A stretch of DNA of 41,411 nt from the NCBI GenBank assembly GCA_016926055.1, contig JAFGPE010000101.1, positions 1 through 41,411 on the forward strand, written 5' to 3'. Shown here piece by piece: positions 9,675-18,042 of this stretch. Position numbers and translations under genes: made by a program. A model generated the notes under the pieces. The model ran no database searches. It worked only from the letters and a program-made list of their open reading frames with translations, and was not told where the DNA came from. Source of the DNA: Candidatus Woesearchaeota archaeon. Lineage in GTDB: Archaea; Nanobdellota; Nanobdellia; Woesearchaeales; JAADFO01. Numbering within the stretch: the stretch's first letter is position 1; each line of letters opens with the position of its first letter.

Positions 9675-10844
9675 TTATCTTCTTATCTTTTTATAGAGTG
9701 AAAAGTACTTCTCCGCGGCACTTTTCGCTGAAAACCTCTCAACAGAGAGCTTTCTCAGGTTTACTTTCAATTCATCTCTTAGTTTTTTTTCACTTAGAAT
9801 CTTAATTATTTTATCAGAATAACCTTTAACATCACCATACTTTGCCAATAGTCCTGTTTTGCCGTCCATTACAACAAGGTCTGTATCTTTCACATCTGTC
9901 GCAACAACTGCAGAACCACATGCTGCAGCCTCGAAAAGTGCAGTTGAAGAGTAGTTTGTGACAGGCGAAGCGAATAGGACAGCATCTGCAAGGTTATAGT
10001 AGTCAGGCAAATCGACGTTGTTGATGTTGCCAAGAAACCTCACATTATTTTCAATCCCCAGCCCCTTTACAGCAGCCCTTAACTTTTCTTCTTCAGGGCC
10101 GGTTCCTGCCAGAAGCAAGAGTACATCTGGAAATCTCTTTCTTAGTTCCTTAACGCACCTGAATATGAACTTATGTCCTCTTATCCCCCTTAGCATTGCA
10201 ACCATTAGGAGAATTTTTCTACCCTTGAATTTCTTTATCAAATCAGAAGAAGGTTTTTTCGGCTTAAAAAAATCAACATTCGCGCCATTTGGAATATGAA
10301 TCCTTTTTTTTGTTCTGCAGCCAATCTCATCCATGTATGAGAACATCTCGCTGTTGTCATCAGAGACAGCATAATCTGCCTTGTCAAGCGAGTTCCTTAT
10401 CATTATCCTCAATATAGGAATCTTCCTTCCAATGCGCATATCAGAACCAAGAAGCGTGACGATGCTTTTCTTTTTCATCCTTCTTGCAAGCATAACAGCA
10501 ATTATGCCTCCTGGCATAGCCCAGCAGCCGTGGATTATTTCCGGATTAAATCTTTTTGCGACCCTTCTGCCGGTGTTAAGCATCTTCAGAAAATAATCCA
10601 TCCATCCAACCATATTCAGAAAGGTTATCTTTCCAAAATTAATGTCCCTCGCTCTGAAAGTGTGGACTTTTATTCCCTGAAAGAGGATTATGTTTTTCTT
10701 CGACTTGTTATTTGAACTCTTGGAAGTTACGATCTCAACATCAATGCCTTTTTTCTTATACAGCTTCATGAAGTTATGAAGATATATTCCCCGATAATCC
10801 TTCTTTGTTTGCGGATAGCTCGATGAGATTACAAGAACTTTCAT
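9675..10844 (-). CDS. GT4-family (GT-B) glycosyltransferase
   Basis: 'MKVLVISSSYP' N-terminus and 'LFEAAACGSAVVATDV' donor-binding motif. ATG 10844 follows the upstream stop by 2 nt; the track start 10979 overlaps the upstream gene. Confidence 0.75.
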   Translation of the reverse strand: MKVLVISSSYPQTKKDYRGIYLHNFMKLYKKKGIDVEIVTSKSSNNKSKKNIILFQGIKVHTFRARDINFGKITFLNMVGWMDYFLKMLNTGRRVAKRFNPEIIHGCWAMPGGIIAVMLARRMKKKSIVTLLGSDMRIGRKIPILRIMIRNSLDKADYAVSDDNSEMFSYMDEIGCRTKKRIHIPNGANVDFFKPKKPSSDLIKKFKGRKILLMVAMLRGIRGHKFIFRCVKELRKRFPDVLLLLAGTGPEEEKLRAAVKGLGIENNVRFLGNINNVDLPDYYNLADAVLFASPVTNYSSTALFEAAACGSAVVATDVKDTDLVVMDGKTGLLAKYGDVKGYSDKIIKILSEKKLRDELKVNLRKLSVERFSAKSAAEKYFSLYKKIRR

Positions 10845-10846
10845 TT

Positions 10847-11734
10847 TTATTTCCTGAACATGTCTGCCAATAATCCGAATAGCCATATCTGGACAGCAAC
10901 GCTGATTAAAAGCACTGTGAGCATCACCCTTGGCAGTGCTCCGACGGTGCCTGTTGTCAGAAGGGAATAGAGAATCCATGTGCCGAGAGCAAACCCTGTG
11001 AGAAAGAAAACCAGTCCTATGTAACTGAAAAACTTCAGCGGCTCATAGTCACGGTATATTCTTACAAGGTTAATCCAAGCCTTTAACGCATATTCAAACG
11101 GGCTGCTCATTAATCTGCTTTTGTCACGCCTCTTCCTGAAATATATGGGCACTTCCGCTATTCTGAACTTTTGTCTTACTGCCCTGATAATCTGCTCTTG
11201 GGTGTATGTGTGGGTAGACATCACCTTAACTTTCTCAGCAACGTCTTTTGTGAAAGCCCTGAACCCGGTCTGGGCGTCGCTTATCATGACTCTTGTGATG
11301 TTCGACACCAGTTTCGAGAATGCCATATTCCCAATTCTTTTTATTAGCGACATTGACTCAATCTTTCCTTTGAACCTGCTGCCTAAGACAAGGTCATATC
11401 CTTCATCAATCTTCCTCAGGAGCTTTGGAATCTCCTTTGCAACATACTGCCTGTCTGCATCAATATGGACTATCACACCGGCATTAAGCTCGAGGCATTT
11501 CTGGAGCTCAGTCCTGAATGTTTCAGCTAATCCTTGATTCGTCTGGTGGCTAAACACAATGGCTCCTGCTTTCTTTGCGACAGCAGCAGTTGAATCAGTG
11601 CTTCCGTCGTCAACAACAAGAATCTGATAATCATGGCCCTTTTTCAGGGCATCATCTATCTCCCTTATTACAGCACCTATTGTTCTTTCTTCATTATATG
11701 CAGGGATGCTGATGATAATTTTGCTGTTTTTCAT
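10847..11734 (-). CDS. GT2 polyprenyl-phosphate sugar synthase (GtrB/DPM1/ArnC-like) with C-terminal membrane anchor
   Basis: 'ISIPAYNEE', 'VVDDGSTDST', 'HIDADRQY' (DxD), and two C-terminal hydrophobic helices. Confidence 0.8.
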   Translation of the reverse strand: MKNSKIIISIPAYNEERTIGAVIREIDDALKKGHDYQILVVDDGSTDSTAAVAKKAGAIVFSHQTNQGLAETFRTELQKCLELNAGVIVHIDADRQYVAKEIPKLLRKIDEGYDLVLGSRFKGKIESMSLIKRIGNMAFSKLVSNITRVMISDAQTGFRAFTKDVAEKVKVMSTHTYTQEQIIRAVRQKFRIAEVPIYFRKRRDKSRLMSSPFEYALKAWINLVRIYRDYEPLKFFSYIGLVFFLTGFALGTWILYSLLTTGTVGALPRVMLTVLLISVAVQIWLFGLLADMFRK

Positions 11735-11757
11735 ATCATGACAAGAACCTGACAGAG

Positions 11758-11770
11758 TTTAAATATATTT
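11758..11770 (-). promoter_or_regulatory. TATA-like box for the 11734..9675 unit
   Basis: 'tttaaatatattt' centred ~30 nt upstream of the ATG at 11734. Confidence 0.3.
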
Positions 11771-11780
11771 CGCAATAAAC

Positions 11781-11788
11781 TATTTAAA
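11781..11788 (+). promoter_or_regulatory. TATA-like box for 11817..13619
   Basis: 'tatttaaa' centred ~32 nt upstream of ATG 11817. Confidence 0.3.
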
Positions 11789-11816
11789 CAGAGTTCTTTT
11801 TCATGGCTTTGATAAA

Positions 11817-13619
11817 ATGAGCGGGATAACAATACTCCTATTCTTCATTTACACATATGGATTGGGCTATTCTCTGCTCAGGTTTGTGAAGGAGGAAGAG
11901 GCTTTCTGGGAGAGGCAGATTATGAGGGCAGGTATAGGCCTTGGAGCATTTATTGTTCTGGGGCTTTTGATGAATCTCTTAAGAATACCTCTCGACTGGA
12001 AAATATTCCTTGTCCTGAGCTTGGCTTTCCCCGTCTATGACTTGATAAAAAAGAAAGGAATGACAACTCCTGATTTAAGACCGACAAAAAACAATCTCAT
12101 TATCCTTGTTGTCCTCGTTTTGTTTTTTGCTACACTTCACATGTACGCTAAAGGCTCATTTGTTTATCCCTACTTTGAGGATGATGACCCGTGGCACCAT
12201 GCCGCGGGCATGAAGTATGTGGCCATTGAAAAGAATCTTTTTCCGCCTTTGAATACTTTGATGTACATCGACCCTTATCCTCCGGCATACGATATGGTGA
12301 TGGGCATACTGAACCAGACATCCTCGTCTGTAATGTGGACTCTGAAGTTCTTTAACTCGCTAATAATATCGTTGAGCATAGTTTTCTTCTACTTCTTTGC
12401 AAAACGCTTCATGAACAATAGCAGAAGGGCACTATTTTCAGCGTTTGCCCTGGCCGCAATACCTTGCTTCCTGAGTCATTTCATATGGTCAATGGCACTC
12501 ACAGTGCCGATGTATTTTGTGGCGTTCTACTCAATAGAGATGATGAAGCGTGATAGAAAATGGCTTATTCCATCAATAATAATGAGTGCGGCAACTCTTA
12601 CGATATCGCCTTCCCACAGCGCTTACTTTGGAATATTGCTGTTCTTTTATGCAATAACAAGATGCGTTCTGGAGAAAAAGATTGTCAAGAACCTTTTCTT
12701 GGTTGGGATATTCGGAATTGTGCTTTCCCTTTTCTTGTGGTGGGGACCAATGATGGTTAAGTACGGAGTATCAGGCTTTTTCAGCTCGACAATAAATGTT
12801 CAGGGAGGGGACACCATTTTTTCTGTGGCAGGCTCAGCAGACAGGATATACTCGTTTAATGACTTTTTTATTGCTAAAAAGCAGAACATGATAAACAATC
12901 CAATAGGAGTAGGGATTTTCCTGTCAACCCTTGCCATAATCTCAATGATATCCGTATTATCAAAATGGAAATCCCTGAAAAAAGAAAGCAATCACTGGAT
13001 TGCCATCGGAGCAGCATGGTTTCTCATCATGCTATATTTTGTGAATGCAACCCCTTATCCTGTGAAGATAACCCCTTTTAGGGCATGGATGGTTTTCGCG
13101 ATTCCTGTAGCAATTGTTTCAGCAGAAGGCCTAGATTTCCTGACGGGTATTGGAAAAAAAGCAGGCATTCCGCCGTTAATAATAATTGCATTGGCTGTAT
13201 TCGGAATAATAATGACATCTGCTGTCCAGAAGTATGCGGTCAACACCGCAAATTGGTCTCCGGGCCTGGGCTGGTACTCATATCCTGAAGTATTGAGTTA
13301 TGAATACCTAAGGGAGCTCCCATACAATGCTGCAGTCTTCACTTTTACAGACAATCTTTTCGTCATAAGCTATGACAAATACAGCTGCGAATGGTGCCCC
13401 GATATAGATGAATACAGAAAGACAGCTTTTGATAGGACAGCTGTCGAGCTCAATTCATGGCTGAAGAGCAAAAAATATGAATACCTGCTTATAGATGGCA
13501 GAACGCTGAGGAATTTTGGAATAAACGAAACAACGATAAAAGCCCAAGAACTTGTTTCTTCAGATTTATTTATCCCCGTTAAGCAGTCTGAATCGTTTCT
13601 GGCATTAAGGGTTGTCTAG
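11817..13619 (+). CDS. putative GT-C fold membrane glycosyltransferase (ArnT/PMT/STT3-like architecture)
   Basis: 600 aa, >=10 hydrophobic helices, acidic loop 'YFEDDDPWHH' after the early helices, soluble C-terminal ~120 aa. Divergent from a polyprenyl-P-sugar synthase. No WWDYG motif seen. Confidence 0.5.
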   Translation: MSGITILLFFIYTYGLGYSLLRFVKEEEAFWERQIMRAGIGLGAFIVLGLLMNLLRIPLDWKIFLVLSLAFPVYDLIKKKGMTTPDLRPTKNNLIILVVLVLFFATLHMYAKGSFVYPYFEDDDPWHHAAGMKYVAIEKNLFPPLNTLMYIDPYPPAYDMVMGILNQTSSSVMWTLKFFNSLIISLSIVFFYFFAKRFMNNSRRALFSAFALAAIPCFLSHFIWSMALTVPMYFVAFYSIEMMKRDRKWLIPSIIMSAATLTISPSHSAYFGILLFFYAITRCVLEKKIVKNLFLVGIFGIVLSLFLWWGPMMVKYGVSGFFSSTINVQGGDTIFSVAGSADRIYSFNDFFIAKKQNMINNPIGVGIFLSTLAIISMISVLSKWKSLKKESNHWIAIGAAWFLIMLYFVNATPYPVKITPFRAWMVFAIPVAIVSAEGLDFLTGIGKKAGIPPLIIIALAVFGIIMTSAVQKYAVNTANWSPGLGWYSYPEVLSYEYLRELPYNAAVFTFTDNLFVISYDKYSCEWCPDIDEYRKTAFDRTAVELNSWLKSKKYEYLLIDGRTLRNFGINETTIKAQELVSSDLFIPVKQSESFLALRVV

Positions 13620-15046
13620 TTCTTCTTGGGAAGGAATGATTTGACTAGTTCGATTTCTTCATTCTTGAAACACCTTGTCATAAGCAATATCAAGAAATAA
13701 AGCGCCATTGCGAGAGGGATTATTATCAAAATATGCAGATTCCTGAGATAATACACAAAAAATGCCATGGCTGCCCCTGCAATCAGAGGTTTATAGCTTA
13801 ACTTGAGAAGATTCAGGCCGAAGCGGTTTTTCTGACAGAACATGAGAAGCAAAGCGAAGTTAATAATTTCTGTAATTACAGTTGCAACGGCAGCACCCAT
13901 GTAGCTGTACTTTGGTATGAACACCAGATTAAGTGTGATGTTTGCCAAAACACATACGCCTGCAGAAAGAGTGAATAGCTTCTCCTTTCCTATTGAATAA
14001 AGAAGATATCCCATGATGTAGTTTATGAAGACGAAAAACTCGGCCCATATCAATATCCTGAGAACACCTGTTGAGTTCAAAAAGCTGTCCTTGTATATGA
14101 AATATATTATCCTGTCTGCGAGAAGTGTGCATCCTATCGCCATAGGTATAGCCAGCATAATTAAGTACAGGACGATTTTTCCAAACAGCACTTTTAACAT
14201 TTTCCTGTTTTCCTTAAATAAGCGGGACATTACAGGATATGTGACGAATATGACTAGCTGCGGTATGAAGCCCAGAGCTTCCACAAGCTTGTATGCAGCG
14301 CTAAACCAGCCAACAGCTTCATAACTTTTCATCATGGAGAGCATTACTGTGCTAATTTTAAAATAAAAAATCACAAACAACGTCGTAAACCAAAAGGGAA
14401 TGGAAACCTTCACCATCCTTTTCATAAAGGGAATATCGAAGCAGAACCTTGCCTTTACAAACCTCTTCGAGGCAATTCTGGCAGCGGCCAGGCTCGAGAT
14501 TAGCTGAGAGAAAACAAGTACAAGCAAAAACAGCAAAAGACTTTTCCATTTATATAGAACGAGAATCCCCGCGCCGAATGCAATACTCCTTTCTATTACA
14601 ATCAGCAGAGAAACATACTGCATCTTCTCAAATGCCCTGAACAGCGTCACAAAAAGATTCGACAAGTTTTCAAACAAAATAACCGTTCCTGCCAGAAGAA
14701 CAATCAACCGTACATCGTTTGTTTTTTTGACAAAAAATGTGCTTATGAAAGTTATTGCAAGCATAATGACCATTAGGCTTAGTTTCAGGGTGAATACATT
14801 TGTAAAATATTTTTCAGCTTTTTTATGATTCTTGGCAATTTCCCTTATTGCCCAGTTCGTCGTCCCGAGATCCGAGAAGATTGAGAAAATATATGCGAAC
14901 GCGAATGCAAAAGAATACTTCCCCAGGCCAACATCTCCAAGGTATCTTGCAACAAAGATTATCAGGAAAAATGACAAAACCTTGCCATATAGTTCTGAGA
15001 AAAACATGAAGCCGGTATTTTTTGCAATTTCCTTGCTTAATGCCAT
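13616..15046 (-). CDS. Wzx-like flippase / polysaccharide biosynthesis protein (MOP superfamily), second copy
   Basis: 476 aa polytopic membrane protein. Its stop overlaps the stop of 11817..13619 in 'CTAG'. Confidence 0.7.
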   Translation of the reverse strand: MALSKEIAKNTGFMFFSELYGKVLSFFLIIFVARYLGDVGLGKYSFAFAFAYIFSIFSDLGTTNWAIREIAKNHKKAEKYFTNVFTLKLSLMVIMLAITFISTFFVKKTNDVRLIVLLAGTVILFENLSNLFVTLFRAFEKMQYVSLLIVIERSIAFGAGILVLYKWKSLLLFLLVLVFSQLISSLAAARIASKRFVKARFCFDIPFMKRMVKVSIPFWFTTLFVIFYFKISTVMLSMMKSYEAVGWFSAAYKLVEALGFIPQLVIFVTYPVMSRLFKENRKMLKVLFGKIVLYLIMLAIPMAIGCTLLADRIIYFIYKDSFLNSTGVLRILIWAEFFVFINYIMGYLLYSIGKEKLFTLSAGVCVLANITLNLVFIPKYSYMGAAVATVITEIINFALLLMFCQKNRFGLNLLKLSYKPLIAGAAMAFFVYYLRNLHILIIIPLAMALYFLILLMTRCFKNEEIELVKSFLPKKN

Positions 15047-15080
15047 TTACCCATCTCTCAAAAGGCTTTTTCAGCCTTTG

Positions 15081-16490
15081 TCATTCAGTCCTGCCCTTGT
15101 CCATCTTCAGCACGTGCCTCAAACCGACTGCCCTGAGAACGAAGTTCTTGAACCCCATCAATGAGCGTATCTGCTTCAGCCTGTGGATGATGAAACTGGG
15201 ATGCTTGATGTACTGCCACCTCATGAATCTCAGAAGCTCCCTGTATGCATAGCCAAATGCCTCGACTCTTTCTTCTGCTGGAAAATCGTCAGTTTCAAAA
15301 ATGGGCTGCGGCTTGTCTGTAAGGTGAGGACTCCATTTGTCAACATCTTTGATTAGCCATCTTCCGTTCTTGCTAATCCAATCATATATCTCTGTTCCAG
15401 GATAAGGAACAAGCATTCCAAAATAAGCTCCTCCGTTCAACTCAAGCTTTTTCATGAATGCAACTGAATCCTTGACAGTTTCAAACGTATCGCCCGGGTT
15501 ACCTATCATGAAGAATCCGCCAACAATGAGGCCAGCGTCCTTTGCCCATTTTACAGCCTTTTCAACCTGCTTAAGCGTAATCCCTTTCTTCATCATGTTA
15601 AGAACCCTCTGGTTCCCTGATTCTATTCCATAGTTCACTCTCTCGCAGCCTGCCCTCCTCATCTTCTTAAGAAGTCTTGGCGTTACCCTGTCCACCCGTA
15701 TGCCCACAGAGCATTCCCATTTGACATCAAGATTCTTTTTCAGCAGGATGTCACAAAAACGCTCGGCATTTTTCATGTCCAGAGTGAAAGTGTCATCAAG
15801 TATGTAAAACATGTCAGGATGATATTTCTTATTCAGGGTTTCAATCTCCCTTATTATGTTTTCAGGGCTCCGGTGGCGCCATTTGCTTCCGTGAACCGCC
15901 TTTGTGCAATACACGCACTGAAACGGGCAGCCCCTTCCTGTTACCACGCCCATCTGGCTGTATCTTGAAAGTTCATATAGCTCTCGAGGAGGAAACGGAA
16001 GAGCGTCAAGATCGTCTATTGGTGGCCTTGGCGGATTAACAACTATTTCGCCGTCTTTCCTGTATATCAAACCCTTGATTCCTTCAGGTTCTTTGTTGTC
16101 TTCCAAGGCTTCAACAAGTTCCATAATGGTATACTCCCCTTCACCGTAAACACCAAAATCGATAAACTTATTTTTTTCCAAAGCCTTTTCTTTTACTATG
16201 GAGACATAGGCTCCTCCAACCACCGTTTTGGCAGAGGTATGCTTCTTCGCTAGCTCAACAACCCTGTTGGCTTCTTTGGATGTAAATGTTAGGGCAGTAA
16301 CACCGATAAGGTCGAATTTATTCTTCTTGAACAGTTTGACTAGTTGGCTAAATCCCATATCAGAAGCCTTCATATCTATGATTCTCACGCTATGGTTTTT
16401 TTTCATAAGCATGGCTGCCATATACCCTATTCCCAAAGGGGGGTGCTTCATCTCAGCCTCGCATAAAGGACTTATAAACAAAACATTCAT
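15081..16490 (-). CDS. B12-binding (class B) radical SAM enzyme, paralogue C (close to A)
   Basis: 'GRGCPFQCVYC'. 'DDLDALPFPPREL' matches 'ENLDALPFPARDL' of paralogue A. The ATG at 16490 ('MNVLFIS') aligns with the paralogues. The track start 16508 is GTG. Confidence 0.85.
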   Translation of the reverse strand: MNVLFISPLCEAEMKHPPLGIGYMAAMLMKKNHSVRIIDMKASDMGFSQLVKLFKKNKFDLIGVTALTFTSKEANRVVELAKKHTSAKTVVGGAYVSIVKEKALEKNKFIDFGVYGEGEYTIMELVEALEDNKEPEGIKGLIYRKDGEIVVNPPRPPIDDLDALPFPPRELYELSRYSQMGVVTGRGCPFQCVYCTKAVHGSKWRHRSPENIIREIETLNKKYHPDMFYILDDTFTLDMKNAERFCDILLKKNLDVKWECSVGIRVDRVTPRLLKKMRRAGCERVNYGIESGNQRVLNMMKKGITLKQVEKAVKWAKDAGLIVGGFFMIGNPGDTFETVKDSVAFMKKLELNGGAYFGMLVPYPGTEIYDWISKNGRWLIKDVDKWSPHLTDKPQPIFETDDFPAEERVEAFGYAYRELLRFMRWQYIKHPSFIIHRLKQIRSLMGFKNFVLRAVGLRHVLKMDKGRTE

Positions 16491-16534
16491 TTCTATCCCC
16501 TCTTCCACCTAAAAAAACAGATTTGTTTTTAAAT

Positions 16535-16557
16535 GTTATCTCCTATAAAAAGATAAC
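16535..16557. promoter_or_regulatory. 6-bp inverted repeat bracketing an A/T box in a divergent intergenic region
   Basis: 'gttatc-tcctataaaaa-gataac' lies between the radical SAM C gene and the CDP-alcohol transferase gene. Confidence 0.25.
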
Positions 16558-16564
16558 TTTAAAA
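16558..16564 (+). promoter_or_regulatory. TATA-like box for 16589..17302
   Basis: 'tttaaaa' centred ~28 nt upstream of ATG 16589. Confidence 0.3.
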
Positions 16565-16588
16565 GCTGGAATAATTCTAGAGAAAAAA

Positions 16589-17302
16589 ATGATTCGGAAA
16601 TTAGAGGAAATAAAAAAAAGGTATGACAAGAACAAGAAGGAGAGGGCTGCAGACGGCAGGATAACTAACGCATATAGGTATGTTTCAACACCCATAGTTT
16701 ACCTCCTAAGCAAGACTCCTGCGACAGGAGACCACCTCACTCTCATGGGAGTAATTTTCTCAATAGTTGCTTCATTGTCGATTGCCACAGGCAACTACGT
16801 ATATTCCATCCTCGGTGCAGTTGGCCTTCACCTGAGTTTCATCTGCGATTTATGCGATGGGGCTTTAAACAGGGCAAAGAAGATAATAAACCCCAAGGGG
16901 ATGTTCGTGGAAGAACTGGCCCATGATGTTTTCTCATTTTCTGTTATGATGGGTCTGGGTCTTAACGCATACCACCATTTTAGCGATATCAGAGTAATCT
17001 ACCTTACCTTGGCAACACTCTTTTTCATATTCATGGTAATATCGGTAGGCGGGAAGAAAGCAATGTTTGGGAAGCACTCAGGCAAAAGGCCGGTAAATAT
17101 AACTGACACAATACCTAAAAGAGGACTGAGCCGCCTGGCACTGGAGTTCATGCGTTTATTCAACGACATGCACAAGATGATATTTATCCTGCTTTTTGCA
17201 GCAATATTCGATGTAATTCATTATGCGATATTCTTCTATTGTCCGTTTTATTTTGCGATAGTGGCAGTGAAACTGTATAAGGAATACAACTCAGAATTCT
17301 AA
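16589..17302 (+). CDS. CDP-alcohol phosphatidyltransferase family membrane protein (divergent motif)
   Basis: 'DLCDGALNRAKKIINPKGMFVEELAHD' approximates D1xxD2GxxAR...GxxxD3xxxD4 (A->N, D3->E, D4 shifted by one). Several TM helices. ATG 16589 preferred over the track start 16523. Confidence 0.6.
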   Translation: MIRKLEEIKKRYDKNKKERAADGRITNAYRYVSTPIVYLLSKTPATGDHLTLMGVIFSIVASLSIATGNYVYSILGAVGLHLSFICDLCDGALNRAKKIINPKGMFVEELAHDVFSFSVMMGLGLNAYHHFSDIRVIYLTLATLFFIFMVISVGGKKAMFGKHSGKRPVNITDTIPKRGLSRLALEFMRLFNDMHKMIFILLFAAIFDVIHYAIFFYCPFYFAIVAVKLYKEYNSEF

Positions 17303-18000
17303 CATCCTTTGGCGATAATCTTCTTGGCTTTTTCCAGGTCTTCAGGGAAATCAATGTCTATGAAAAAGGATCTTCCAATATCCAGTGCAGTTATCTTTTC
17401 ACCCTTTCTTATCATTTGCCTGATGACATTAATAAAAGAAACCTGAATATCCTTTTTTGCTTCATCATTCAGTTCGCCAATCAGCTTTTCAGCACCTTTA
17501 TGAGAGAATTTAGCTATGCCTATAAACTCGCCATTATCTCTTTTTATCTTGCCCTTGTCAACATCTTTTATTATTTCATCTTGCTCAAAAACTTTCTCGG
17601 CTTCATCCCTTATGACATCTTTTTTGATTGCCAAGCAGATATCAGATTTATTCTCAAGAAGCAGGCTAATGATTTTCCTGTCGAACAATATATCTGAATA
17701 CAATAAAATGAAGCCGTCTTTCAGATAATCCCTTACTACCCAAAGCGTCATTGCGATGCCTGAAACCTCGTAGAAAGGGTTCAGCAAGCAAGTGATACCT
17801 TCTTTCTTGCATTCTTCTTCAACCTGATTAGCCAGATGGCCAGAAACAACATAAATCTCGCCAATTCCAGCAGCATTCAATGCCTCTTTCTGGAGTTTCA
17901 GGATTTTCTTTCCACTTATCTCGAGCAAGCACTGAGGCACATTCTTTGTAAGAGGCAATAGCCTTGTAGACCTTCCGGCCGCTAAAATAATCGCTTTCAT
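17299..18000 (-). CDS. nucleotidyltransferase, LicC/IPCT-like (NTP_transferase fold)
   Basis: 'MKAIILAAGRSTRLLPLT' signature and C-terminal 'FIDIDFPEDLEKA'. Its stop codon overlaps that of the convergent 16589..17302. Confidence 0.7.
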   Translation of the reverse strand: MKAIILAAGRSTRLLPLTKNVPQCLLEISGKKILKLQKEALNAAGIGEIYVVSGHLANQVEEECKKEGITCLLNPFYEVSGIAMTLWVVRDYLKDGFILLYSDILFDRKIISLLLENKSDICLAIKKDVIRDEAEKVFEQDEIIKDVDKGKIKRDNGEFIGIAKFSHKGAEKLIGELNDEAKKDIQVSFINVIRQMIRKGEKITALDIGRSFFIDIDFPEDLEKAKKIIAKGC

Positions 18001-18023
18001 TTTAATCCACGCAGTGTCTATTG

Positions 18024-18031
18024 TTTATAAA
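18024..18031 (-). promoter_or_regulatory. TATA-like box (possible internal promoter) for 17299..18000
   Basis: Palindromic 'tttataaa' centred ~27 nt upstream of the ATG at 18000. Confidence 0.35.
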
Positions 18032-18042
18032 TGTTTAGCAAT

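Noticed and set aside
10845-10979. N-terminal extension of the GT4 ORF (track start 10979); likewise 25744..25791 for the other GT4
   Set aside because: The extensions overlap the 3' end of the upstream gene. The GT4 fold begins at the internal 'MKVLVIS' or 'MKVIQYN' ATG, which directly follows the upstream stop.
16589-18000. Reading the convergent pair as IPCT + DIPPS (di-myo-inositol-phosphate synthesis)
   Set aside because: This is not excluded, but it is not preferred. No inositol-1-phosphate synthase or phosphatase is in the window, the transferase motif is divergent, and the nucleotidyltransferase is co-oriented with the PhnDCE/cytidylyltransferase operon. It is kept as the main alternative to the phosphonate hypothesis.
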